From contig OY740822.1 of NCBI GenBank assembly GCA_963514005.1, positions 4,340,001-4,404,000 on the forward strand: a DNA stretch of 64,000 bases, in the 5' to 3' direction. Source of the stretch: Raja brachyura (taxonomy: Eukaryota). Position numbers and translations under genes: made by a program. Of this stretch, positions 22,187 to 34,878 are shown piece after piece. Every line of letters begins with the position of its first letter. Positions within the stretch are counted from its first letter, which is position 1. Below the pieces are notes generated by a model. That model was not told where the DNA came from, searched no databases, and saw nothing but the letters and a program-made list of their open reading frames with translations.

Positions 22187-24428
22187 CATAGAAACATAGA
22201 AAAATAGGTGCAGGAATAGGCCATTCGGCCCTTCGAGCCTGCACCGCCATTCAATATGATCATGGCTGATCATCCAACTCAGTATCCCGTACCTGCCTTC
22301 TCTCCATACCCCCTGATCCCTTTAGCCACAAGTGCCACATCTGACGCCCTCTTAAATATAGCCAATGAACTGGCCTCAACTACCTTCTGTTGCAGAGAAT
22401 TCCAGAGACTCACCACTCTCTGTGTAAAGAATGTTTTCCTCATCTCGGTCCTAAAGGAATTCCCCCTTATCCTTAGACTGTGACCCCTTGTTCTGGACTC
22501 CCCCAACATCGGGAACAATCTTCCAGCATCTAGCTTGTCCAACCCCTTAAGAATTTTGTAAGTTTCTATAAGATACCCCCTCAATCTTCTAAATTCCAGC
22601 GAGTACAAGCCGAGTCTATCCAATCTTTCCTCATATGAAAGTCCTGACATCCCAGGAATCAGTCTGGTGAATCTTCTCTGTACCCCCTCTATGGCAAGGA
22701 TGTCTTTCCTCAGATTTGGAGACCAAAACTGTACGCAATACTCCAGGTGTGGCCTCGCCAAAACCCTGTACAACTGCAGTGGAACCTCCCTGCTCCTATA
22801 CACAAATCCTTTCGCTATAAATGCTAACATACCATTTGCTTTCTTCACTGCCTGCTGCACCTGCATGTCTACTTTCATTGACTGGTGTACCATGACACCC
22901 AGGTCTCGTTGCATCTCCCCTTTTCCTAATCTGCCACCATTCAGATAATAGTCCACCCTCATGTTTTTGCCACCAAAGTGGATAACCTCACATTTATCCA
23001 CATTATACTGCATCTGCCATACATCTGCCCATTCACTCAGCCTATCCAAATCACCCTGCAGCCTCCAAGCATCCTCCTCACACCTAACTATACCCCCCAG
23101 CTTGGTGTGATCTGCAAACTTGGAGATGTTGCATTGAATTCACTCTTCCAAATCATTAATATATATTGTAAATAGCTGGGGTCCCAGCACTGAGCCTTGC
23201 GGTACCCAACTAGTCACTGCCTGCCATTCTGAAAAGGACCCGTTTACTCCTACACTTTGCCTCCTGTCTGCTAGCCAGTTCTCTATCCACATCAATACTG
23301 AGCCCCCAATACCGTGTGCTTAAAGTTTGTATGCTAATCTCTTATGCGGGACCTTGTCGAAAGCCTTCTGAAAGTCTAGATATAACACATCCACTGGTTC
23401 TCCCTTATCCACTCTACTAGTTACATCCTCGAAAAATTCTATCAGATTTGTCAGACATGATTTACCTTTCGTAAATCCATGCTGACTTTGTCCAATGATT
23501 TCACCACTTTCCAAATGCGCTGCTATCCCATCTTTAATAACTGACTATAGCAGTTTCCCCACTACCGATGTTAGACTAACTGGTCTGTAATTCCCCGCTT
23601 TCTCTCTCCATACTTTTTTAAAAAGTGGGGTTACATTAGCTGTCCTCCAATCCTCAGGAACTACTCCAGAATCTAAGGAATTTTGAAAAATTATCACTAA
23701 TACATCCACTATTTCTGTGGCTACCTCCTTGAGTACTCTGGGATGCAGACCATCTGGCCCTGGGGATTTATCGGCCTTCAATCCGTTCAATTTACCCAAC
23801 ACCACCTCCCGGCTAACCTGGATTTCACTCAGTTCCTCCATCTTATTTGACCCCCGTTCCACTGCTATTTCCGGCAGATTATTTATGTCTTCCTTAGTGA
23901 AGACAGAACCAAAGTAGTTATTCAATTGGTCTGCCATGTCCTTGTTCCCCATGATCAATTCACCTGTTTCTGACTGCAAGGGACCAACATTTGTTTTAAC
24001 TAGTCTCTTTCTCTTCACATATCTATAAAAACTTTTGCAGTCAGTTTTTATGTTCCCTGCCAGTTTCCTTTCATAATCTATTTTCCCTTTCCTAATTAAG
24101 CCCTTTGTCCACCTCTGCTGGATTCTGAATTTCTCCCAGTCCTCCGGTAGGCTGCTTTTTCTGGCAAATTTGTGTGCCTCATCTTTTGTTTTTATACTAT
24201 CCCTGATTTCCCTTGTTATCCACGGATGCACCACCTTCCCTGATTTATTCTTTTGCCAAACTGGTATGAACAATTTTTGTACTTCATCCCTGCAGTCTTT
24301 AAATACCTTCCATTGCACATCCACTGTCAACCCTATAAGAATCACCTGCCAGTCTATCTTGGCCAACTCACATCTCATACCTTCAAAGTTACCTTTGCTC
24401 AAGTTCAGAACCCTTGTTTCTGACTTAA
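22187..24428 (-). mobile_element. Young 5'-truncated CR1 (ORF2 with a few disablements)
   Basis: ORFs of 311, 64 and 256 aa carrying CR1 RT motifs; tail at 22187. Confidence 0.92.
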
Positions 24429-24848
24429 TGTTAAACCAAGGCTCGGTCAGATATTGGACCACCCCCTCCCCCCACCACAATCAATTCTGCTGACAGGGTA
24501 AGTTTTGCAAAACGTTTTCGTTTACAGTGTTTGGTTATGCACGGTGGTTTATGACTAGTCGGAATCAGTACTGTCACGACGTGCACGCCTTTCTATTATG
24601 CGAGAAAATGCTGCCCCCCTTTTGAACTGTGCAGTTTCCAATGGAATGCGTGTAGTGTGTGTTGCTAAGTGGATATGTTTGGGAGGAATGAGAAATAATG
24701 GGATTAATGAAGTATTATTGTGATTGTGCTTTTGAAGTTTAGTGCGGACTTGCTGGGCGGAAAAACCTGATTCCGTGATCCAGGAATCTCTGACTCCAAA
24801 TTATGACTTTATAACCGAAGCGTAGCTCCCCTTACTGCTATTCATGTC

Positions 24849-25148
24849 ATAGAAACATAGAAACATAGAAAATAGGTGCAGGAGTAGGCCATTCGGCCCT
24901 TCGAGCCTGCACCGCCATTCAATGTGATCATGGCTGATCATCCAACTCAGTATCCCGTACCTGCCTTCTCTCCATACCCCCTGATCCCTTTAGCCACAAG
25001 TGCCACATCTAACGCCCTCTTAAATATAGCCAATGAACTGGCCTCAACTACCTTCTGTGGCAGAGAATTCCAGAGACTCACCACTCTCTGTGTAAAGAAT
25101 GTTTTCCTCATTTCGGTCCTAAAGGAATTCCCCCTTATCCTTAGACTT
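24849..25148 (-). mobile_element. CR1 3' end, same young subfamily
   Basis: Nearly identical to 22187-22480; ATGTC duplicated at 24844 and 25149; absent from the paralogous site near 39841. Confidence 0.9.
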
Positions 25149-26343
25149 ATGTCGTCTAGAAATGTATCGACAACATAGAAACATTGCAACATAGAAAATA
25201 GGTGCAGGCGTAGACCATTCGGCCCTTCGTGCCGAACGAGTATTACTGCCCTCAATGAACTTCGCCCCCGAGGTGAGAAATGAACAGACTTTCGGAGAGT
25301 GACGCCGTGCTCACTTGTGGAGAAAACATTGAAACAAATCTCTTCAGCTATCTGCAAATTGTGAGTGGTTAGTCAGGCGAGACCGGTATCAGCCAGAGTG
25401 ATAGATTTCGCAGCTGCTTGCTTTCTTAATACGTCACCGTGCACCCACCTGGAACGAGATAGGAGATGAATGATCGATTTTACTTCGGAGTCACGTGAGT
25501 GACTACGTGAAGAAGCCCCGTCTGGCGCTGGATCGGCATTACGTCGACGCTATCGGCAGAGGAAGAGCTGCAGAGCGCAGCTCCAACACAGCGGTAAGGA
25601 AATGGCCCGCAGGTAAGTAAAATTATTTTACTTCCAGGGCGTTGTCTAAAAACTTCGTAGGCTGGTAGGTAAACCAGGGGGAGTTAAAATAAAAATAAAA
25701 ATGTTTTAAAAAATCGCGGGTAAAACGTGCGTCCCGGGGTGTAGAAAAGTCGGGACAGCAGATTATTGCGGAGCTGGTTCCGACACCGGTGGCCGTTGAA
25801 ATACCCGTTAGTGAGCCTTTGGTTGCTCCACAAACAAAAACTTTGAAAACCCAGTGCCTAAAATGTAAAAAGAAGCTTGAAAGGCCTGAGGTTTCTGAAA
25901 GATCCTGAAAGGTAAGCCTTTGGCTAAGTATGGATCTAATGGAGGAAATACTCCAAACAATATCAACCAGGGGTCCAAGTACCCAGAATATTCCCAGGCA
26001 GCCCCTGAGGGGGTTCCATATTATAAATATGGTGCCAGATTTAAAATGGGAATTGAAACTCCAGTGCCTGGGATTTGGCTGGAGGAAGTCTCCTTGGACA
26101 AATTTCAGGATTACCAGGGCTGTATGAGACTGACCCTGAAAGTGGTGTTGTGGTCAGAAGTACCCACCACAATACAAATCCAGGTGCGTCTGAGGACAAA
26201 GTTACTATACCTGGAGGAGGCGGTGAGGCCATGGAAGGAAACCTGGCGGCCAATGTTAATTATATGGTCTCTCACCTGCCTCAAAAAAGCTGTTATGGTT
26301 GAGACAGCAGATTTGGATTTAAACACCTATTGTAAAAGTAAAA

Positions 26344-26347
26344 GCTC

Positions 26348-26386
<39 letters not shown>

Positions 26387-26441
26387 ATAATAAGAAAATT
26401 AGCATGCGCAAGGATGACACGCAAATTCATGAAGCGTTCCA
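26344..26441 (+). pseudogene. RNU6: U6 snRNA retrocopy/pseudogene inside the DIRS element
   Basis: GCTCGCTTCGGCAGCACATATACTAAAATTGGAACGATACAG...GCGCAAGGATGACACGCAAATTC.TGAAGCGTTCCA; 7-nt insertion in the ACAGAGA box and 7-nt deletion of GGCCCCT; no PSE/TATA context. Confidence 0.92.
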
Positions 26442-28788
26442 AACACCTTAAAGAAGGTACCTATGGTAAATCCGGCTTTTTGGGCGCCAATGTCAGCAAT
26501 TATGCCTGCGCAGGAATTACGATTAAAGAATCCTCAAGCTAATTTTGGCATCACTGTCTTTTGGAAGACAAGCTGGAAGGTTGTGGAATGACCAAAGTTC
26601 AGAATAAACACAATATGTTGGGACTTATCCTGCAACTCATTTTGAGATAAATTATATAAAATGGAAGATTGCCATTCGGCCTCTTTTACATCCAAGATTT
26701 GCAGGGCAAGCAATGTTCAAGCTCTTGGTTATTTGTTCGGAGGAAATCTGTCTAAACAAATTAAAGTAATGGATGAAGAGGCAAAAACAGTTGGTCTTGT
26801 AAAACCCTTCAGTTTGGCCAGAAAGGCTGGTCATATGAGAAAGGGATTTGATTTTGAGCTTGAACGAGCCGAGGCAGGAGTATGATAAGGAAGAATTACC
26901 AGCCAGCACAGCCGAATGTACACCCCTTTATTGGGTAAGGAGATCATTTCGTCAAACAGTTGGAGAGGTACAAAACTTTATCCTATTAAAGAAGGATGTT
27001 TGGATGAACCTCAGATTAGTGGTAGACTCCAAATGTTTATTATGATAGGGAGGTATGGATCCATTGGGACACAATAAGCCTAATCATTCTTTCATGTTTG
27101 CAGTCTTGAAAGAATTCAAATTGACAAAGAGGTAAGAATTTGTGTGAGAAAGGAGTTATTGAGAAAACAGGAAAGGATCCACAACAATTGTATCAAATAT
27201 TTTCCCCAGACCGAAGAAAGATGGGGGTTGTAGAATCAATTTAGATCTCACACAATTAAATACATTGTCCAGTATAAACATTTAAAAAATGGACACATTC
27301 AACACTGCAATGCAGCTGGTATCAACAGGTTGTTATATGGCTACAATAGATTGAAAGATGCATATTTTCGGTCCCAATTCACCATAGTTTCGCAGGTAAT
27401 TAAAGTTTATGGATGGGACAGCTGTGGCACTACAAAGCTTTGCCTAATGGATTAAGCCAGCATTTGCACTGCTAAGGGCACAAAAACACATCGTTATGGC
27501 TTATCTAGATGACATTTAATTGTGAATGCTAATCAGGAGTCAGCTGGAAAATTAGTCTCAGTAACTACAAGTTGTTTGAGAAGTTGGGTTCCTGATCCAT
27601 CCAACAAATCTAAGTTACAGCCATCCCAAACCATTGAATATCTGGGGTTTGTGATTAACTCAGTTACCATGTTGGTAACTTTACCAATGGATAAGGTGTT
27701 CGATTTGACAAATGTGTGTCAGAACCTGATTAACAAACCTTATCCCTCCATCCGAGAGGTTGCCAAGGTTATTGGTAAATTGGCAGCAGCATTTCCAGCA
27801 GTAGAGTTTGGTCGTCTACATTACCAAAATCTTCAAAGGGCAAAAACTCAAGCGCTTATTCAGCGAGCAAGCCATTTGATAGGCCAATGCAATTCCCTAA
27901 GGAAGCTTTATCAGAATTACATTGGTGGATTGAGAATGTTCCACAAGCTGCTAAGAACATTTTAGTTCATCAGCCAGTAGTGTTTTTGCAAACTGACGCA
28001 AGTTCTCTCGGATGGGGGGGCTACGGATAATGAGACCAGCTGTGGAGGCAGATGGGCAGTCCAAGAGGATTTATTGCTCCAAACATATGGTATTAATTAT
28101 TTGGAGCTACTGGGAGCATTTTATGGATTAAAACCTAATTGCTCTTCATTAAAAGATTTGCATGTCCAAGTACAAATAGATAATACCACAGCTGTGGCAT
28201 ATATCAATCACATGGGTGGTGTCAGATCAATATCATGTGATCATCTGGTAAACCAGATGTGGCAATGGTGTATGGCAACAAATATTTGGCTTTCAGCTAT
28301 TTATCTCTCGGGGAGAGACAATGTTGTGGCAGACAAAGATCACGAATATTTAAAGACAATACAGAATGGATGTTAAATCCATAAATTTTCAAAAATATTG
28401 TCAGTCGGTATGGTGTACCGGACATTGATCTGTTTGCGTCTAGATTGAATCACCAATTGCCCAAATACGTGTCTTGGGGAACACGATCCAGGGGCAGTAG
28501 CGGTGGATGCTTTCTCGCTACACCGGGGAATACGTTCTTTTATGCTTTTTCCCCCATTCTGTCTCATTGGGCAATGTCTCAAGTAAATAGCGCATGACGC
28601 TGCCAAAGGCATTTTGGTGGTGCCAAGTTGGCCCACGCAGTTATGGTTCCCATTGATGCTAAAATGATTATTGAACCATGTATGACAATTCCCAGTTGCG
28701 ACAATCTGTTGACACAACCAGTAACAAAAGAAATTCATCCATTGAATGATCATATGAATTTGTTAATCTGCAGGTTCTGACCAGACCA

Positions 28789-29744
28789 TTGCAAGAGTTT
28801 GAACTGTCGGACAGGACCATGGATGTTATAGATGCAGCTTGGAGGAATAGCACTAAAACAATATATGTCGCATATAAGGAAATGGGAAGTTTTTGTACAG
28901 AGTCAAAGATATCGTATCATACTGCAAACATTTCACATGTATTGGAGTTCCTTGCTGGGTTACACTTTGATGAGCTTTTGAGTTATAGTGCCATTAATTG
29001 TGCTCATAGTGCATTGTCATCCTATTTAGGACAAATTTCGGATCGGGATTCAGTTGGGTCTCACCCATTAGTATCCCGATTCATGAAAGGAATTTTCAAT
29101 AAAATCCTCCCAAGCCCAGAGAAAACAGAAATTTGGGATGTTAGCATTGTTCTCACTTTGCTTAAACAATGGACTCCAATTAATTCAATGTCTTTGCAGA
29201 AATTAACATTCAAGGTGGTAATGTTAATGGCATTGGTATCAGCTCAAAGAGTACAAGCTTTGCAGTTGTAACGGTTGGATTGCATGCATGTGACTACAGA
29301 TAACATTATGTTTTATGTTTATGACTTGATCAAACACAGCAGACCAGGAAGAACTGGAATGAAGCTAATGTTTAAAGCATATCCTATTGATGAAACATTG
29401 TGTGTAGTTAAGCATTTAACTCAATACATTGAGGTAACCAAAATCTCAGAGGTTCTGAGAAAGCGTTATTGATAACACACAAAAAGCCACATACAAAAGT
29501 TTCAGTTCAAACCATTTCTAGATGGTTAAAACAGGTTTTGTGTCTAGCAAGAATAGACACTGATGTGTTTAAATCTCACTCCACTAGGGCGGCAGCTACG
29601 TCCGTGGCGAAGGTACAGGACGTACCACTCGATAAAATTTTAGAGGCCGCAGGGTGGTCTAGAGAAGAGATTTTTTCAAAGTTCTACAATAAACCTGTTG
29701 TCACGGTGCCAGGATTTGGACACACAGTACTGGGTTCTCTTTAA
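28789..29744 (+). pseudogene. DIRS tyrosine recombinase, disrupted
   Basis: Three consecutive ORF pieces with HPLVSRFMKG, LMALVSAQRV and HSTRAAATS..AAGWS..F..FY motifs. Confidence 0.9.
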
Positions 29745-30452
29745 ATGCTTGCTTTGTTTTATATTATGGATTTATATTATGGATTTATGTTACCATTGAC
29801 ATCATTATCAATGTATTTTGTAATTTTCCCTTGAGATAGAGGGGTTATTATTAAAAAAGTTGTTCTTTTTATGATTAATGGACTTATTACATAAATTGTA
29901 ACAATGTCCTAAAATACTATTTACTCACTACTGTTTTGACTAAACAGAGAGTCGTATGAAATGAATTTACGACATAAAAAACACAGAGCTTCAAAATCTT
30001 CATGTAGGCACTCACGTGACTCCGAAGTAAAATAGTGAGATTAAACGAGAATTTACCAGTTCGAAGTTTGATCTTTATTTTATGAGGAGTTACGATGAGG
30101 GATTATGTGCCCTCCACTCCCAACCCTCATAATGTAAATGATCATCTGGTAGTTCTAGTCTATTTTGAGCCTTACTATTTTACTTCGGCTATTGGTTCTG
30201 TGTTTTTCATGCCGCTGCTTTGAAGTATGCCGATCCAGCGCCAGGCGGGGCTTCTTCACGTAATCCCTCATCGTAACTCCTCATAAAATAAAGATAAACT
30301 TCGAACTGGTAAATTCTCGTTTAATCTCACTATTAGAGTTGGGTGCTAATTGCTGGATGTAGAATAGTTTATAATTACAGTGAATACAACTGTGTTCTGT
30401 CGATGCTCAGAACCGTGGCAGAGGAGACTACATCGTGATTTGAAGTTATGTA

Positions 30453-30525
30453 TTTTCTGTAGTGTAGCGGTTATCACGTTCACTTTACACGCGAACGGTC
30501 CCAAGTTCAATCCTGGGCAAAGACG
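30453..30525 (+). pseudogene. tRNA-Val(TAC) pseudogene
   Basis: Val body with TTTACAC loop; mismatches in the acceptor, anticodon and T stems. Confidence 0.8.
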
Positions 30526-30965
30526 TTTATTTTACATGCTTCACGGTGCGTCTTTCAATGAACCTTTACAAACCTTGCGAATATACACCGTGGGCTAAGG
30601 TGCTTTCTCGTTTAGTTTCGTGACCCAAACCACTTGTCTACCTGTGTTCATGACATATTGTGTAAAAATATTATAGAAATCGTACCTGAAGCTCGCCAAG
30701 AACAACACATGCACATATTTTTAAAATATGAGAAAAACCTTTAATTTTCCGAGTAGTAATTGTCCAATGAAATCACGATTGACATTGAGTCCATGTCCGA
30801 TGGGTGCTGTCAGGGGTCAGGCGTGCTGATAGCAGACCGGTGGGTGCTGTGAGGGGTCGGTCGGGCTGTCGGTCGGCTGTCCGGCGGATGCTGTGAGGGG
30901 TCGGTCGGGCTGTCGACCGGCCGGTGTTGCAGCGAGCGAGCGGGCGGACTGACGGAGCCGGCGCT

Positions 30966-31175
30966 ATGGGGAAGGGCAGAGAACCTTTCCTGAAGGCGGC
31001 CCTGGCGGCGTGCAGGGCAGTGCTGCGCCCCACCATGTTGACATTCGGTGTAATCGTGGCGTCGATGGTCTACTGCTGATGATGCAGAAGGGCATGCTGG
31101 CCGAGGTGGACGCTCTGAGCGGCCATATGTACGGAGCCCGCATCCCGTCGCAAAGCCTCTCCAACTCCTGCCGTA
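30966..31175 (+). pseudogene. chst14: CHST14-like N-terminal fragment, copy 2
   Basis: Same sequence and same 1-bp deletion as 12908-13115. Confidence 0.68.
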
Positions 31176-31200
31176 GGTAGCTCTGGAAGGGGGGGGGTTA

Positions 31201-31299
31201 CACAAAAAGCTGGAGAAACTCAGCGGGTGCAGCAGCATCTAAGGGGCGAAGGAGATAGGCGACGTTTCGGGTCGAGACCCTTCTTCAGACCCTAGTGGG
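31201..31299 (-). mobile_element. 99-bp Penelope terminal insertion with TSD
   Basis: TCTGGAAG(n)TTA duplicated at 31182-31200 and 31300-31315; empty site in the paralog at 13124-13139. Confidence 0.85.
31255..31292 (-). ncRNA. Minimal type I hammerhead ribozyme motif (Penelope-associated)
   Basis: Minus strand GGGT-CTGAAGA-A-GGGTCTCGACCC-GAAACGTC-GCCT: CUGANGA box, helix II, GAAA, palindromic ACGU, GUC cleavage triplet. Confidence 0.75.
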
Positions 31300-32693
31300 T
31301 CTGGAAGGGGGGTTAGTTAAGATTAGGTTTTGGCATTTTTCTCACGATGGAAGATGCCTTAGCCTTCCCCCAGCATGGCACTGCCCCGTCGCACTATGGC
31401 CATGACCCACACTCTGCACACTGGCGAGCAGTGGGTTTCAGTAAACGGGGAAACGCACAGGATCTGCCCTGACCCTTTAATTAGGCGGGTTCAGGAGCCT
31501 GTGAAACCCGGGACCTCTGCGCCAGTCTCGCTCAACATATACCGCCAGACGGACTCAAAATTTTATTCATTATATTATTTTATGTAATATATTGATATAT
31601 CTATCCTATTACTAAACCTCCCATTTTGACCACTACCAGTTTGTCTTTTTTATATATTTGAGCAGAACGGTACCCTATATCGCTAGGATTGTTTCGCCAA
31701 CTTCCTTTTCGTTCTCCTCTGCTCCAATCGCATCATGTTTTGTTCCGATAGATGGAATATTAGAAAAGTTGCGAAGGTTTTAAAAATCGTGAGATCAGCA
31801 GATTGGTCTTCTCGACTGTCATTCGCCATGAAGGTGACGCTCCATTCTGGCAAAGTGAATTAAGACTTAGGGGCGGGGCTGAGTCGGAGGAACCCGCTGT
31901 GTGAAGTCCGGGGAAGCCGCTCTGCCGTGTCGGGGAAGCAGATGAGTGGTCGGGAAACCGCTGAGTGGAGCTGGGATGTGCTCTGTGGTGCCTTGGACGG
32001 TGGTCGCTGACTGGTTATCCCCCACACACACACCACCTGGAGCCGCGTTCTCTTCACTCACAATCGCACACACTGGACACACAGTTTCCTGGCAGCTTGT
32101 ATCTTTAGATTCACTGATGACATTAATTCAATCCCACGCCGTTTACGTTCTGCCTAACAGTGTTTTATTTGCACTTATGTTCGTGCCTTTAGATTACAGG
32201 ATGGCTGCTGTTTAAATTTCCCGGCCCGTCGTTCAGAAATTCTTCGGTATTTCAATTGATTCCCACCCAGCCCAAATAATATTTCTTGAGCGGGGCGCTG
32301 CTCCGATCCACTCCTGTCGGACACAGTCAGAACCAACGCCGTGTTCGGTGGTGATTATGTTTCCCACAACGTGACTGGCTGGATCCGGTGAAAGCTCGAC
32401 AAAACCTTTCACCAAATTCTACTTGCCCCCACGAGGGGTGGACTTGCATTGATAGACACAAAGTTCTGGCGTAACCCAGCGAGTCAGGCAGCGCATCTGG
32501 AGAAAATGGGTGGCTGTCCTTGCGGATCGGGACTCTTCTTCTTGTCGCTCCATCATTTTGCGTGTATATTTGGTACAAACCAATATCTGAAGTTTTTATT
32601 ATATTAAAATTCCATATATTTAGGCATCGCATTGCATTGACAATTCCTTGCTGGCTTCATGTTCCATGTTAACCGGCGATTGCTAACGGAATT

Positions 32694-32766
32694 ATTGCTG
32701 TAGTGTAGTCGTTTTCACGTTCGCTTCACAAGCGGAACGTCCCCAGTTGGATCCTGGGCAGGACCG
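32694..32766 (+). pseudogene. tRNA-Val(CAC) pseudogene
   Basis: Full length, but the D-loop GG, B-box (GTTGGATCC) and acceptor stem are mutated. Confidence 0.78.
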
Positions 32767-33232
32767 TGATTTTGTCACCTGTTCCAGACTGTCCAGCGAA
32801 CGCCTCTCCCATAGTTGGCAACAGTTGCCCAAAGACCTCTCCGTAACTATTCGGGATTTCGTCCACATTTTGAAAACACTCGATATAATAGAAACTCGCA
32901 CCAGCGGCTGGATGAAGTACAAGGTCGTCTTGGTATCGCTCACGGGGCATGAAACACAACTATCATCATTATATTATCTCTGTCCCTGAATTTATCGCAT
33001 GGTCTCATCCTGAATATTCCACCACTGGTCTGATTATTTCCCTCTTCGTTTCCTTCTCTCCAAAGTAAGTATAATTGTTGTGTAAGAAGGAACTGCAGAG
33101 GCTGTAGAGGAGCCTCGCCCCGAAAAGTCACCCGTTCCTTCTCTCCAGAGATGCTGCCTGTCCCCCTGAGTTATTCCAGCATTTTGTCTCTACCTTCGCT
33201 TTAAACCCTTATCTGCATTTCTCTTCTACATG

Positions 33233-33305
33233 GTTTCTGTAGTGTAGTGGTTATCACGTTCGCCTAACACGCGAAAGGTCCCTGGTTCGAAACCAGGCAG
33301 AAACA
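33233..33305 (+). tRNA. tRNA-Val(AAC)
   Basis: Intact 73-nt cloverleaf with GGTTCGAAACC B-box; TTTT downstream. Confidence 0.95.
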
Positions 33306-34878
33306 TTCCGAAGTTTGCGTTTTGTTGCCCTGAAGTGATGTTACAGAAAAACAACCAGACAATCATTCAAATAAACACAGCAGCGGATCCGTCCACAACT
33401 GAGAGACCTCCCGGACATCTCCAGAAGCAGGGGCCCCATTTCCAGAACCAGGGGCCACAGTTTAAGAATAAGGAGTAACCTATTTAGAACGGAGACGAGA
33501 AAACACATTTTCACACAGAGAGTGGTGAGTCTGTGGAATTCTCTGCCTCAGAGGGCGGTGGAGGCGGGTTCTCTGGATGCTTTCAAGAGAGAGCTAGACC
33601 GGGCTCCAAAAAATAGCAGACTCAGGGGATATGGGGCGAAGACAGGAACGTGGTACTGATTGGGGATGATCAGCCATGATCACATTGAATGGCGGTGTTG
33701 GCTCGAAGGGCCAAGCGTCTATTGTCTATTGTCAAGTAACATTCTTCTGGCTATATCGATGCACGCATTCCGCAGAATCGCTGCATCCCTTATTACCCTG
33801 CTCTCCAGACTGCTTCCAAAAGTCATTTGACAGATGAAGGATCATTACGGAAATGCCGCTCGCTGTCATGTGGAGCTCACAAATCGTTCCTGCGTAGACA
33901 TTTATTAATCAATTAGCGGGGTATGCTGATGTAGAGGCCTCTGCACAAGTCCCACAAAATAATTTTCTGTTCCTTTCTCACACTATGATCCACTCTATAC
34001 TTCGAAGAGTAAAATGCTTCCCGTGCTGCGGCTGCACCGACACACACTGCAATCATGTGGTCATAAACGTTATCCACTTTTGTCGTTTCATTAACGTCGT
34101 GACCGGATTTAGTAGAAGTAAGGATATCGTAAATGAGATTCGACAAGGAGAATTATGGACAGTGACCTGCAAGACACAACCCGACCGCTCTGTGGAAAGG
34201 TTTCCTGAAGAGAGGTGTGGGACATAGAGTAAAGTTGATCGTTGCACTGTTTGCTTTATTTACAGATAATCGTGTGCAGTAGAGCAGAGGATCGGCACGA
34301 TTTTGAACTCTCAGCCTGGTCACCTCGTGGACACGTGAGGTCACAAAATGATTATTGATAGGAGCAGAATTAGGCATTCGGCCCATCAGGTCTTCTCCGC
34401 CTTTCAATCATGGCTAAACTATCTCTCCCTCATAACCCCATTCTCCATCTTCTCCCCATAACCATTGACAAATCAAGAATCTATCTATCTCTGTCTTAAA
34501 AATATCCATTGACATGGCCACCGCAGCGTTCTGAGACAACGAATTCCACAGCTTCATCACCCTCTGACTAAAGGCATTCATCCTCATCTCCTTCCGAAAA
34601 TAATGTCCTTTAAATCTGACGCTTTGACAGGCCCAATGTCGGCAAATGCTCATCATATTTGAAACTTCTCCGTGATGTTTCTTGTAAACCTCCTCGGGAC
34701 CCTCTCCAGAGACAGCTCATCCTTCCTCTGACGTCATGCCCAAAATTGCTCACAATACACCAAATTCGGCCTGATGAGCACCTTACAAAGCGTCAGCATT
34801 GCATTCATGATTTTGTATTCTCGCCCTATCGAAATAAATGCTTGCATTGCCTTGGTTTCTTTATTACCGAATCGACTT

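Larger units (their letters stand above)
25477..30334 (+). mobile_element. Complete DIRS1-type tyrosine-recombinase retrotransposon (ORFs decayed)
   Basis: ITRs at 25504-25539 and 30227-30262; ICR at 29997-30105; RT YLDD at 27502; RNase H (TDAS..GWG, IDNTTAVAY); methyltransferase-like IDLFAS; recombinase HSTR at 29577; ATT at both ends. Confidence 0.95.

Noticed and set aside
26344-26441. Functional U6 gene or intron-containing U6
   Set aside because: No upstream PSE/TATA or T-run terminator, the 7-nt insert lacks splice signals, and the ISL region is deleted.
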